From Macrostomum lignano (Eukaryota), in the NCBI GenBank assembly GCA_002269645.1, contig NIVC01001952.1:155102-219101 (forward strand): 64,000 nucleotides of DNA, read 5' to 3'. This document shows positions 35,424 to 49,900 of this stretch, piece by piece. The position numbers and the translations under genes are program-made. The notes below the pieces were generated by a model. It did not search any database and was not told the origin of the DNA. It saw nothing but the letters and a program-made list of their open reading frames with translations. The first letter of the stretch is position 1, and each line of letters opens with the position of its first letter.

Positions 35424-35975
35424 GTCTTATTACCTAAAATCTGTATTCCAATTTCACATCATCGTCATTTTACTCTGCATAATCCAATCCAAATCTTCAA
35501 GTCTATCATCTTTGAGACTTTAGTTGGCAGCTGTATTTCCTGAGTCCCTTCTTCCCCAATTTCAGAGACCAACGGCCCCGCCACTATTGAATCCTGCGCA
35601 TGCTCTATCCAAGTCTAACCCGAGTTCAGTGTCCTGGATACCAGCTAGAGAAAGTTTAAGACAGGCAAATAATCAATCGAATTGGATTGCAGCAGGCCGG
35701 GAGGCGCAGGGCGGGGGCGGCTGTCCGCTGAGCCGGCGGGGAATTAGCATGCGTAATTACTGCCGTCAGCCGCCCACCATGCGCGGGAATTGGCCGCCAG
35801 AGACCCTCTGACCGAATGGAGGGGCGCTGCTGTTCCACGCTGTCGATTCCTGACTGCCACTCTCTGGGAGAAGCTGAAGGGCAGTTTGGAATGCGATAGG
35901 CGATTGGCAGCTGTCCGGCTTGATTGCCCCGGCCGAGATTCGATTTGCTGCCCGATTCACTCCGGTGTGCGGACC

Positions 35976-35995
35976 GGACAGACAGAGAGACAGAC

Positions 35996-36040
<45 letters not shown>

Positions 36041-36058
36041 CTAAGACAGACAGACAGA
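35976..36058. repeat. Short (GACA)n with GACACTAA interruption
   Basis: Direct inspection. Confidence 0.9.
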
Positions 36059-36523
36059 AAGGTGAGAAAGTCTATCCTAATTTAATCTTACAGTTGCCAT
36101 GCCTGAGCACTGCTGATAAAAGAACAGGCCCACAGAAGGGCGTTAATTGATCAATCTGTCGCAGCCGTACGCAGCTCTGTACATCAGTGTGGGCGGAGGC
36201 AGTAATTCAATTAGCCGCGTGCGCCAGATTAGGAAATCTATCGCACAGCCTTTGCCGTCATAAATGATTTTCCTGGGCAATAGCGCCGCAGTTCCCCAAT
36301 GCGCACGCAGGAAATCCGTGTCAGTCAGAACAGGGCCTGCAGCTCTGCATTATGAACTGGTCGTGTAGTTCAGTAAAAACTGCTCCATCACGTGCGAAAG
36401 TCCCTGCTTTACGCACAGGTAGAAATAACCACAGAATATGAGCGTTTTCACTTCATAGTTCGTACTTGTACTTTGGATAATATTGTAAGAGCGAAATGTT
36501 GTGTTGTCCGACTTAGTGTTTGT

Positions 36524-37215
<692 letters not shown>

Positions 37216-37934
37216 GTCCGTCTGTCTGTATCAGTACGCACAGGCGTGTTATTACAATGAGAGCCATGTATAATACTGCAAGAGTCCCTTACCCAGGCAA
37301 GATAAAGCTACTGAAGCAGGAGACCCAGCACTGCGTCCACAGGATGAGCAGAAATAGATGGCGACACGAATTCTGCCTAGGACAGTAATTAATGAACAGA
37401 ATACTAGCTTCGGGGGCATATGAACAGAAACAGAAAAGCATGGAGTTGCAGGGTTTTGGGAACGAAGACGGCAGCTGAGGACTAGGGGGAGGCCCCCTCA
37501 TCCTGAGGAGTATGATGTTTTAGTGCAAGAGCACTTGACTCCTGAGGAATCCTTGGCCAAAAACCGTGATACGAGCTTGTATTACGAGTAATTTTGATGC
37601 TTTCTTTCTACGTCATGTAACTTTCATTGTCAATGTTAAACAAAGATGGGCCACGCGTGCATCTTAAGAGTAAGACTGCATCACAGGCAAAATAATATTC
37701 ACAGACGCCGTCTAACAGGCACACTCCCAGACAGACACGCTAACGACGTAGTAGCCTTAAATAGACAATAAGAGGCGTGTCTTGAGAATAAGAAAAATAA
37801 TTTTGTTCCCACTTTAAGTAGTATGCATTGAGATTGCGCATTTTTCATCTGGAGTTTATGTTCACTTTCTGTGACTGTTTGGTAGTTTTGGCTGTTTCTA
37901 CTGCAGTTTTTGAACAGGTGTATTTTGTGTCGAT

Positions 37935-39055
37935 TAGAGTGTCTGTGGGAGTGTCTATAGGAGTGCCTGGGAGAGTGTCTATAGGAGTGTCTATGGGAGT
38001 GTCTATGGGAGTGTCTATGGAATTGTCTATGGGAGTGTCTATGGGAGTGTCTATGGGAGTGTCTATAGGAGTGTCTATGGGAGTGTCTATGGGAGTGTCT
38101 ATGGAATTGTCTATGGGAGTGTCTATGGGAGTGTCTATGGGAGTGTCTATAGGAGTGTCTATGGGAGTGTCTATGGGAGTGTCTATGGGAGTGTCTATGG
38201 AATTGTCTATAGGAGTGTCTATGGGAGTGTCTATAGGAGTGTCTATAGGAGTGTCTATAGGAGTGTCTATGGGAGTGTCTATAGGAGTGTCTATGGGAGT
38301 GTCTATGGAATTGTCTATAGGAGTGTCTATGGAATTGTCTATAGGAGTGTCTATGGGAGTGTCTATGGGAGTGTCTATAGGAGTGTCTATAGGAGTGTCT
38401 ATAGGAGTGTCTATAGGAGTGTCTATAGGAGTGTCTATGGGAGTGTCTAGAAGAGTGTCTATGGGAGTGTCTATGGGAGTGTCTAGAAGAGTGCCTATAG
38501 GAGTGTCTATGGGAGTGTCTAGAAGAGTGTCTATGGGAGTGTCTATGGGAGTATCTATGCGAGTGTCTATAGGAGTGTCTATGGGAGTGTCTAGAAGCGT
38601 GTCTATGAGAGTGTCTATGGGAGTGTCTAGAAGCGTGTCTATGGGAGTGTCTATGGGAGTGTCTATGGGAGTGTCTAGAAGAGTGTCTATGGGAGTGTCT
38701 ATGGGAGTGTCTAGAAGAGTGTCTATGGGAGTGTCTATGGGAGTGTCTATGGGAGTGTCTAGAAGAGTGTCTATAGGAGTGTCTATGGAGTGTCTAGAAG
38801 AGTGTCTATGGGAGTGTCTATGGGAGTATCTATGCGAGTGTCTATAGGAGTGTCTATGGGAGTGTCTAGAAGAGTGTCTATAGGAGTGTCTATGGGAGTG
38901 TCTAGAAGAGTGTCTATGGGAGTGTCTATGGGAGTATCTATGCGAGTGTCTATAGGAGTGTCTAGAAGCGTGTCTATGGGAGTGTCTATGGGAGTGTCTA
39001 TGGGAGTGTCTATGGGAGTGTCTATGGGAGTGTCTGGGAGAGTGTCCGTGGGAGT
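37935..39055. repeat. 12-bp minisatellite (GAGTGTCTATGG; variants ATAG, AGAA)
   Basis: Direct inspection. Confidence 0.96.
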
Positions 39056-39483
39056 GTTGTGAAGTGTCTGCACTTCAGTCTGACTCAACTGATTAACAGC
39101 AGTACCTTTCATTAGTCACGAATGCGCAGTGTGAATGAATGAAAGGATGGGCGCTGGTGCTGTAAAAGCTGTTTTTTTAGTTACGGAAATATGCCAGCAA
39201 AGTAAACTGGGTGAGAGACAAGCAAGTTGAAACATTAACTCATAAATCCCACAGTTCCCATTAGCTGGAATTACCAGCATCCGAAATGTTCTTTAGAAAC
39301 ATTTCGGTCTCACTGGTTATGGCTGTTATTTTTCTATTTCCTGGAAATCGCAATGGAAGATGGAATCGCGCGTCCATAATTTATTAGAATGGGAAAGATG
39401 AGTTTAAATGTGTCAATTTTCATTTCAGGAAAACGGCAATATGAGGTTGATTGGTGGTCTAATTTCGAAATTTAAGCAGAAAT

Positions 39484-40392
39484 GAGCATCAGATAGACCC
39501 TTTAATGAGCCTAAGATAGACCCTTTAAAGAGCCTCAGATAGACCCTTTAATGAGCCCCAGATAGACCCTGCAATGAGCCCCAGATAGACCCTTTAATGA
39601 GCCTCAGATAGACCCTGAAATGAGCCTCAGATAGACCCTGAAATGCCTTTCAGATAGACCCTTTAATGAGCCTAAGATAGACCCTTTAATGAGCCTCAGA
39701 TAGACCCTGAAATGAGCCTCAGATAGACCCTTTAATGAGCCCCAGATAGACCCTTTAATGAGCCTAAGATAGACCCTTTAATGAGCCTAAGATAGACCCT
39801 TTAATGAGCCTAAGATAGACCCTTTAATGAGCCTAAGATAGACCCTTTAATGAGCCTCAGATAGACCCTGAAATGAGCCTCAGATAGACCCTGAAATGAG
39901 CCTCAGATAGACCCTGAAATGAGCCTCAGATAGACCCTGAAATGAGCCTAAGATAGACCCTTAAATGAGCCTCAGATAGCCCTGAAATGCGCCTCAGATA
40001 GATCCTGAAATGCGCCTCAGATAGACCCTGAAATGCCTCTCAGATAGACTCTGATATGCCCCTCAGATAGACCCTGAAATGAGCCTCAGATAGGCCCTTT
40101 AATGAGCCTCAGATAGACCCCGAAATGCGCCTCAGATAGACCCTGAAATGCCCCTCAGATAGATCCTGAAATGCGCCTCAGATAGACCCTGAAATGCGCC
40201 TCAGATAGATCCTGAAATGCGCCTCAGATAGATCCTGAAATGCGCCTCAGATAGACCCTGAAATGCGCCTCAGATAGACCCTGAAATGCCCCTCAGATAG
40301 ATCCTGAAATGCGCCTCAGATAGACCCTGAAATGCCCCTCAGATAGATCCTGAAATGCGCCTCAGATAGACCCTGAAATGCGCCTCAGATAG
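39484..40392. repeat. 23-bp minisatellite (GAGCCTCAGATAGACCCTTTAAT grading to GCGCCTCAGATAGATCCTGAAAT)
   Basis: Period 23. Confidence 0.95.
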
Positions 40393-40601
40393 GCTTTGAA
40401 ACATTCCTCAGATGGTTGCTGTAATTCCCCAGCTTTCGCTAACTGTTTATGATTGGGCCAAACCGCCAACCACTGACCGATGCAGCGCAACAAGGATGTA
40501 AGAAGCTTCAGTTCTGCATACGAATGACTTTTGTATCTGGCCTCCAAGCGCCTATGCAAGACTCTCAGCCCAGGAGACTATCTTTTATCGAGTTACAGGA
40601 T

Positions 40602-41214
40602 ATGCTAGTTCCCTTCTAGTCCTCACCGCTCTGCAGCTGCTGTCAGGTCTCGCGGGTGTACAGCCAGTTTTCATCATTTTGAATGGGACAGGATTAGACT
40701 GCCTATCGGAGTCAAGTGACCCCTTTGTGCAAGTTAACAGGGGCCTCGAGCTAATCTGCAAGACAAAATTCGTCATGAGTGAGAACCATGCAGGCACTTA
40801 GTTTGGTCTACCGTTTTATAGTCTATGGCCAAAACCATCCCCAGCAAAGAATTAGACCGCGTTTATCGTTCAGTTGCCTTGAGCACGCTGGGAGTCTAAG
40901 TTTGCTGGTCTAAAAAGTTGAATTCAAATAGCGATAATATACAGTTACTGTATAATCTATTTTTCTGTAAACTCATTTACCCGTTTCAGACACCTGCGGC
41001 AGTAAACCGGTGATTTGGAACCACACCTGGGCCAGCAGCTCCAAGTGGTATAGCGACACATTTTAATAATCACTGTCTACAACTATGACTTCATCTGCAG
41101 ACGACCTGATTGGCAAGTGCGAGATTAGCAGTGACGTCACCGGCTTTCAGCAGTGCCAGGTGACCAGGCAAAGCAGCAGTGGGATCAAATGCATCATCAA
41201 CTATTACCTGCAGG
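40602..41214 (+). pseudogene. Signal peptide + C2-domain gene, two exons (40602-40778, 40990-41214), three apparent frameshifts (pseudogene or consensus errors)
   Basis: After repair: MLVPxLVLTALQLLSGLAGVQPVFIILNGTGLDCLSESSDPFVQVNRGLELICKTKFVM|NTCGSKPVIWNHTW...DTxLIITVYNYDFxSADDLIGKCEI. SDPFV, WN.T and V...D...DDLIG are C2 hallmarks. The intron is GTGAGA...TTTCAG, with matching phase 1. Confidence 0.7.
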
Positions 41215-41524
41215 GTGAGTTTCCGTGAGTATTAACAATAAGAGAATATTGATGAGTGATCCTGCTGTATCGCGTCGGCACAGGTGGGTTTAGCGGTGAG
41301 ATTTTTTCTTTTTTTTTCATATTTGCTTTTCTTTATCGGAGTTTTTTGTATGACAAAACTTACAATAAAAAAATGCATTGACTCGCATTTGCATTCCATC
41401 CGTTTTGATTGGATTTTTTCATCTGCGCTCGCAAAATGATGATATTGGATTTTTTAATAGCCATCTGAAACTTCAGCTTAGCAAACACTTCAAGTAGGTC
41501 GGAACACCCATACACTCGCAGACT

Positions 41525-42230
41525 CTACAACACTGTCAGACGCTCTCCCGGACACTTCACACCCGTCAGAACCTCTCCCAGACACTTCACACCCGTGAGA
41601 ACCTCTCCCAGACACTTCACACCCGTCAGAACCTCTCCCAGACACTTCACACCCGTGAGAACCTCTCTCAGACACTTCACACCCGCCAGAACCTTTCCCA
41701 GACACTTCACACCCGCCAGAACCTCTCCCAGACACTTCACACCCGTGAGAACCTCTCTCAGACACTTCACACCCGTCAGAACCTCTCCCAGACACTTCAC
41801 ACCCGTGAGAACCTCTCTCAGACACTTCACACCCGTCAGAACCTCTCCCAGACACTTCACACCCGTGAGAACCTCTCTCAGACACTTCACACCCGCCAGA
41901 ACCTTTCCCAGACACTTCACACCCGCCAGAACCTCTCCCAGACACTTCACACCCGCCAGAACCTCTCCCAGACACTTCACACCCACCAGGACCTCTCCCG
42001 GACACAGCACACCTGGAAGCCTGGAAGAACCTCTCCCGGACACTGCACACCTGGAAGAACCTCTCCCGGACACTTCACACCCGTCAGAGCCTCTCCCAGA
42101 CACTGCAAACCCGCCAGAGCCTCTCCCAGACACTTCACACCCGCCAGAGCCTCTCCCAGACACTGCAAACCCACCAGAGCCTCTCCCAGACACTGCAAAC
42201 CCACCAGAGCCTCTCCCACTTTCCCAGACA
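41525..42230. repeat. 30-bp minisatellite (CAGACACTTCACACCCGTCAGAACCTCTCC)
   Basis: Direct inspection. Confidence 0.95.
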
Positions 42231-42924
42231 CTTTACAGCCGTCGGAACTCCCATACACTCGCAGACTCTCCATTCAACACTGCCACATGCTCTCCCAGAC
42301 ACGTTAAAGACACTGTCATATACTCACTCCCAGACAATCCAATAGTATTAAGCACTACTGTAAATTTAATTTGACAGAAGTAACTGAAAGCGAACAAATC
42401 AAAAAATCAGGCACGACATTTAATCACCAAGCATAAACACAGAGGCCCAAAGGGCCACGAAAATATGCTAAAATCTTAGTTTGTATTTGTAAGTAAATAT
42501 ATTTATAATAATTTGTATTTATACAACAAATATATGTACAGATATCGGACAAAAATAGAAAGATCAGACTTTAGGGTTATTATCGATCTGCAGTAAATAT
42601 ATGTATACATATACACAAGTATTTCTAAAGTTGAAAAATGCACATACAAGACCTGCATTGCTAAACAAGCACAAGCATATCCATTATCAATTGATAGCCA
42701 GATGTACCACATCGAAACATATGCAATAACTGAAACTCCCGCTAGTGGTACATTAGCAATATGCTCTGCAAACTATTTAGCAGCTTTAAACGAATGCACA
42801 GATTCTACAATTTGACCAATATTTTTCTGTTATGCACAAATATCATAACAAACATGCAAGCTGGGATAAACACTAATTACAAGGACTGCGCAGTCTGCTG
42901 GATAATTAAACATGAAAAATCGAA

Positions 42925-43220
42925 ATCTCACCCTTTACTGGCAAAGAGACTCGGAAATCTCATCTTTTACTAGCATAGAGACTCGGAAATCTCACCCTTT
43001 ACTGGCATAGAGACTCGGAAATCTCACCCCTTATTGGCACAGAGACTCGGAAATCTCACCCCTTATTGGCATAGAGACTCGGAAATCTCACCCTTTACTG
43101 CATAGAGACTCGAAAATCTCACCCCTTATTGGCATAGAGACTCGGAAATCTCACCCTTTACTGCATAGAGACTCGAAAATCTCACACCTTATTGGCATAG
43201 AGACGCGGAAGTCTCACCCC
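42925..43220. repeat. ~32-bp minisatellite (AGAGACTCGGAAATCTCACCCTTTACTGGCAT)
   Basis: About 9 copies. Confidence 0.92.
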
Positions 43221-43598
43221 CCAACCATGTCAATCTCACCCAGATACAAACGCAAACACATGAGTTATAAAGCAACAAGACAACAATGCAAAGCAAATAT
43301 TGCAAAATATTCGATACCAAAGATCCAACAGCTCACAATTGTGTAATGCTGAGCACAGGCAATCGGCACAGTTAATTATCAGAGCAATAGAAACTAAGCA
43401 GGGGATTGAGAATTTATAAAAACACAGACTCATTCAATTTTTTACTGGAATTCAAATTATTATTACAAACTTTCTAATAACAATAGTTTAACATAAGCCG
43501 CACAGACTACTGACAAGGAGGTAGGTAGCAAAAAGCGGATTAATGAAGGACGCGGGAAACAAAATCAACAGGGGAAATATAAGGATAGAAAATAATCC

Positions 43599-43972
43599 CT
43601 ATTGAGTCGGATTGCTGACCGAACTGCTGCGCAATGAAGTTCTGGGCGGCAACGACGGCGGCGGAGCCGACTTGCGAGCTCGGGGCGGCAGAGGCGGCGC
43701 CGCTCCGGTTGACGTCGACGCCGCTGCCGCCGTCGCAGTGGCTGTCGCAACGGCGGCCGATTTTACAGCGGCCGCTGCCGACTTCAAACCGGCCGTCTGC
43801 CTGGGCGGCAGCGGAGGCAGCTGACTGCTGCCGCTGTTGCTGTTGCTGTGGCTGGCCAGGACGCCTCCGCCTCCAGCCGCCGGCGCTGCTGCCGGGCTGC
43901 CGCTGCCGCCGCCAGAGACGACGGCGGCGCCAACTGCCGCCGGCACGGGGTCTGAGATGCTGCGAGAATGGT
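43599..43972 (-). CDS. Sos: SOS last exon, Pro-rich tail with three PxxPxR SH3-binding motifs
   Basis: [22 protein letters not shown]; acceptor ttgcag; phase 1 matches the donor at 47034. Confidence 0.85.
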
Positions 43973-46900
43973 CTGCAATTTCAAACATAAATGCAGATTA
44001 TTATATCATTTTATGATTGACATGAGCTACTGATATCCGACACAATAGTAGCAGTAGTTAGAGAAAATGAAAAACAATCGAGCAGAAAAATCGCAATAAC
44101 ACAAATTCTGGCGCTTCGGTTTTTTTACCTGCACTGTCCTGCCGAGTCAGGTCTTCAACTACTGAAATTTGAATGCAGAAATAAAGGGAGAGCACGGTCA
44201 GTCACTTGGGTTAGTCATGTAGGTAAATATTAACAATAGAGAAAAACACTATTTGTACGAGACAGCGAGCAGCATGCTCGATTGCGATGCATAGACAGTC
44301 AAACTATGCTGGCCCCATCAAAACGGAACACTGATTCGTTTAAACAATCTCACAGCAGGCTCCTAGCAGTACATGGCAATTCTAATATTTTTCATACTTT
44401 ACTGCAACAAGTGCCATGCAAAACACATTTGGGACAGGCAAGCAAAACAATGAATGGATTGGATGGATTTCTTGTTAATTAGAAAAATCACTTAAGTCAC
44501 AGGAATGGGACATGCGCAGTAGTGCTGTCTGAGTGATTCCCTGTCCTACTGAGGCCAAAACAGCTGCCCCTGACCTGCGAGTCAATCTATTAGGGAGCTT
44601 CATGATTGTAGCCACACTCCCCGACACTCCCATAGACACTGGCGAACACTCTCCCAGACACTCCTATAGATACTCTCCCAGACACTCCTATAGAAACTCT
44701 CCCCGACACTCCTATAGATACTCTCCCCGACACTCCTATAGATACTCTTCCAGACAGTCCTATAGATACTCTCCCAGACACTCCTATAGATACTCTCCCC
44801 GACACTCCTATAGATACTCTTCCAGACAGTCCTATAGATACTCTCCCAGACACTCCTATAGATACTCTCCCCGACACTCCTATAGATACTCTTCCAGACA
44901 GTCCTATAGATACTCTCCCAGACACTCCTATAGATACTCTCCCCGACACTCCTATAGATACTCTTCCAGACAGTCCTATAGATACTCTCCCCGACACTCC
45001 TATAGATACTCTTCCAGACAGTCCTATAGATACTCTCCCAGACACTCCTATAGATACTCTCCCCGACACTCCTATAGATACTCTTCCAGACAGTCCTATA
45101 GATACTCTCCCAGACAGTCCTATAGATACTCTCCCAGACACTCCTATAGATACTCTTCCAGACAGTCCTATAGATACTCTCCCCGACACTCCTATAGATA
45201 CTCTCCCAGACACTCCTATAGATACTCTCCCAGACACTCCTATAGATACTCTTCCAGACACTCCTATAGATACTCTCCCAGACACTCCTATAGATACTCT
45301 CCCAGACACTCCTATAGATACTCTCCCCGACACTCCTATAGATACTCTCCCAGACACTCCTATAGATACTCTCCCAGACACTCCTATAGAAACTCTCCCC
45401 GACACTCCTATAGATACTCTCCCAGACACTCCTATAGATACTCTCCCAGACACTCCTATAGATACTCTCCCAGACACTCCTATAGATACTCTCCCAGACA
45501 CTCCTATAGAAACTCTCCCCGACACTCCTATAGATACTCTCCCAGACACTCCTATAGATACTCTCCCCGACACTCCTATAGATACTCTCCCAGACACTCC
45601 TATAGATACTCTTCCAGACACTCCTATAGATACTCTCCCAGACACTCCTATAGATACTCTCCCAGACACTCCTATAGAAACTCTCCCCGACACTCCTATA
45701 GATACTCTCCCCGACACTCCTATAGATACTCTCCCAGACACTCCTATAGATACTCTTCCAGACACTCCTATAGATACTCTCCCAGACACTCCTATAGATA
45801 CTCTTCCAGACACTCCTATAGATACTCTCCCAGACATTCCTATAGATACTCTCCAAGACACTCCTATAGATACTTTCCCAGACACTCCTATAGATACTCT
45901 CCCAGACACTTCTATAGATACTCTCCCAGACACTCCTATAGATACTCTTCCAGACACTCCTATAGATACTCTCCCAGACACTCCTATAGATACTCTTCCA
46001 GACACTCCTATAGATACTCTTCCAGACACTCCTATGGATACTCTTCCAGACACTCCTATAGATACTCTTTCAGACACTCCCATAGACACTGCCGAACACT
46101 CTCCCAGACATTCCCATAGACTTTCCCAGACAGTCCCATAGACTTTCCCAGACACTCCCATAGACTTTCCCAGACAGTCCCATAGACTTTCCCAGACAGT
46201 CCCATAGACTTTCCCAGACAGTCCCATAGACTTTCCCAGACACTCCCATAGACTTTCCCAGACACTCCCATAGATTTTCCCAGACACTCCCATAGACTTT
46301 CCCAGACACTTCCATAGACTTTCCCAGACAGTCCCATAGACTTTCCCAGACAGTCCCATAGACTTTCCCAGACAGTCCCATAGACTTTCCCAGACAGTCC
46401 CATAGACTTTCCCAGACAGTCCCATAGACCTTCCCAGACACTCCCATAGACTTTCCCAGACACTCCCGGACACTTGCATTGTCCCGCTCTCAGACACCAT
46501 TACGCATTTGAAGTTGGGTATACGCAAACGGAGTTTATCACACAATCCTAAACTTGCCCTTACAACTGGATCCTTGAATATTGAAACAATAGTTAAAGAG
46601 CGAATTAATATTACCTATACATTATTTTAAATATTAGTTAACTTATAAGTGTAATTTAGTGGTTTAGAAATCTATAAAAATCGATTAATAACGTAATAAG
46701 AGACCCGACATTAAAGAACGGTTTGTATTGGTTTAAAAGGGATTTTTTTATTGGCAACGTACCGAAGCGAAAGAATCCTGCGAGGAAGGATAAAATAGGC
46801 AATCTTATTCACTTTGCGAGACGATTTTAAATGAAAATTAGTCTAGAAGAGAATTATCAATACGGAAACTTTGTCCATTTTTCAACTACCAGCGAATTGC

Positions 46901-49900
46901 AGGCTCTATTGAATTGGTTCCCCATTCGTTTCTCGCTACTATTTAGTAGCTAAGATGCGATAGCTTTTATATCCAGTAACTAATTTAGTTAGCAATCGAA
47001 TTACAAACCGCATCACGTGACCCAGCTACTCACTCGGCGATTGCGCAATCGGTCCATTCGGTGACGTCAGACCCGAGCTGCCTCCGGCGCTAGACTTGCC
47101 GGAGTGCACAATTTGATGAGGCGTCGGCGGCTGCTGCTGAGCATCTCGCAGAGGCGATGTCGGCCTGGAGCTGCTCTGGATAAACGGCGCAGAGGTCAGT
47201 CTGGCGCCGCCGCCTCCGCCAGCTGACGATTTCTTCGCCGATTTGCCGCCGCCGCCAACGCCGCCTCCGCTGCCGCCGCCGTTGACAGTCGGGGAGCGGA
47301 GCGCCTCAGAAGAGAACCGCCTGGCGCCCGATCGCTTCAGCGAGTCTTCGTCGGCGTCCTTGGGCTCCAGCTCGTTGCTCATTCGATAGAATATGTTATC
47401 CAATAGGCGCTGGTTCTGGTTAGTGTCGTCAACCTCTTCCAGTTCCAGGTCGCGCATCGGGTTGATGTCGCGGACGAATTCTTGGATTGATGGCTCTTCG
47501 CGCAGCTGATAGCGAGTGTCCTTGGCTTTGAGCAGCTCGTCTATGCGCTCTGCGACCTGCGGGTGACGTCATCGAAACAGGCAGTGCTGTTAGTGAGACT
47601 AAAACGGACTGACTAAAAGAAAGTTTGGGGCTTTATACGCAGCGGGACAGTCCTTATTCATAGTAACTGGGTCTTTATCCATAGTCAGGGGTCTTTATCC
47701 ATAGCCATGAGTTTCAATCCATAGCCATGAGTTTCAATCCATAGCCATGATTCTTTATCCGCAGCCATTGGTCTTTATCCATAGTAACTGGGTCTTTACC
47801 CGAAGTGGGGGGGGGCAATCCTTATCCAGAGTGGGGGAGACATTCCTTATCCAGAGTGGGGGAGACAGTCCTTATCCAGAGTGGGGGAGACAGTCCTTAT
47901 CCAGAGTGGGGGAGACAGTCCTTATCCAGAGTGGGGGCAGACAATCCTTATCCAGAGTGGGGGAGACAGTCCTTATCCAGAGTGGGGGAGACAGTCCTTA
48001 TCCAGAGTGGGGGAGACAATCCTTATCCAGAGTGGGGGAGACAGTCCTTATCCAGAGTGGGGGAGACAATCCTTATCCAGAGTGGGGGAGACATTCCTTA
48101 TCCAGAGTGGGGGAGACAGTCCTTATCCAGAGTGGGGGAGACAATCCTTATCCAGAGTGGGGGAGACAGTCCTTATCCAGAGTGGGGGCAGACAATCCTT
48201 ATCCAGAGTGGGGGCAGACAATCCTTATCCAGAGTGGGGGCAGACAATCCTTATCCAGAGTGGAGGAGACAGTCCTTATCCAGAGTGGGGCAGACATTCC
48301 TTATCCAGAGTGGGGGGGCAGACAATCCTTATCCAGAGTGGGGGAGACAATCCTTATCCAGAGTGGGGGCAGACAGTCCTTATCCAGAGTGGGGGCAGAC
48401 AATCCTTATCCAGAGTGGGGGAGACAATCCTTATCCAGAGTGGGGGCAGAAAATCCTTATCCAGAGTGGAGGAGACATTTCTTATCCAGAGTGGGGGAGA
48501 CAGTCCTTATCCAGGGTGGGGGAGACAGTCCTTATCCAGAGTGGGGCAGACATTCCTTATCCAGAGTGGGGGGGGGCAGACAATCCTTATCCAGAGTGGG
48601 GGAGACAATCCTTATCCAGAGTGGGGGCAGACATTCCTTATCCAGAGTGGGGGCAGACAATCCTTATCCAGAGTGGGGGAGACAGTCCTTATCCAGAGTG
48701 GGGGAGACAGTCCTTATCCAGAGTGGGGGAGACAATCCTTATCCAGAGTGGGGGAGACAGTCTTATCCAGAGTGGGGGCAGACATTCCTTATCCAGAGTG
48801 GGGGCAGACAATCCTTATCCAGAGTGGGGGAGACAGTCCTTATCCAGAGTGGGGGAGACAGTCCTTATCCAGAGTGGGGGCAGACATTCCTTATCCAGAG
48901 TGGGGGAGACAGTCCTTATCCAGAGTGGGGGAGACAATCCTTATCCAGAGTGGGGGAGACAATCCTTATCCAGAGTGGGGGCAGACATTCCTTATCCAGA
49001 GTGGGGGCAGACAATCCTTATCCAGAGTGGGGGAGACATTCCTTATCCAGAGTGGGGGAGACAGTCCTTATCCAGAGTGGGGGAGACAATCCTTATCCAG
49101 AGTGGGGGAGACAGTCTTTATCCAGAGTGGGGGCAGACATTCCTTATCCAGAGTGGGGGCAGACAATCCTTATCCAGAGTGGGGGAGACAGTCCTTATCC
49201 AGAGTGGGGGAGACAGTCCTTATCCAGAGTGGGGGAGACAATCCTTATCCAGAGTGGGGGAGACAGTCCTTATCCAGAGTGGGGCAGACAATCCTTATCC
49301 AGAGTGGGGGAGACAATCCTTATCCAGAGTGGGGGCAGACATTCCTTATCCAGAGTGGGGGAGACAGTCCTTATCCAGAGTGGGGGAGACAATCCTTATC
49401 CAGAGTGGGGGAGACATTCCTTATTCAGAGTGGGGGAGACAGTCCTTATCCAGAGTGGGGGAGACAGTCCTTATCCAGAGTGGGGGAGACAGTCCTTATC
49501 CAGAGTGGGGGAGACAGTCCTTATCCAGAGTGGGGGAGACAGTCCTTATCCAGAGTGGGGGAGACAGTCCTTATCCAGAGTGGGGGAGACAGTCCTTATC
49601 CAGAGTGGGGGAGACAGTCCTTATCCAGAGTGGGGGAGACAGTCCTTATCCAGAGTGGGGGAGACAGTCCTTATCCAGAGTGGGGGAGACAGTCCTTATC
49701 CAGAGTGGGGGAGACAGTCCTTATCCAGAGTGGGGGAGACAGTCCTTATCCAGAGTGGGGGAGACAGTCCTTATCCAGAGTGGGGGCAGACAATCCTTAT
49801 CCAGAGTGGGGGAGACAGTCCTTATCCAGAGTGGGGGAGACAGTCCTTATCCAGAGTGGGGGAGACAATCCTTATCCAGAGTGGGGGAGACAGTCCTTAT

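Noticed and set aside
37935-46470. A single foldback (FB-type) transposon formed by the two inverted arrays
   Set aside because: It would have to enclose the last SOS exon while its right arm sits in a SOS intron, and no TSD was seen; reported only as an inverted satellite pair
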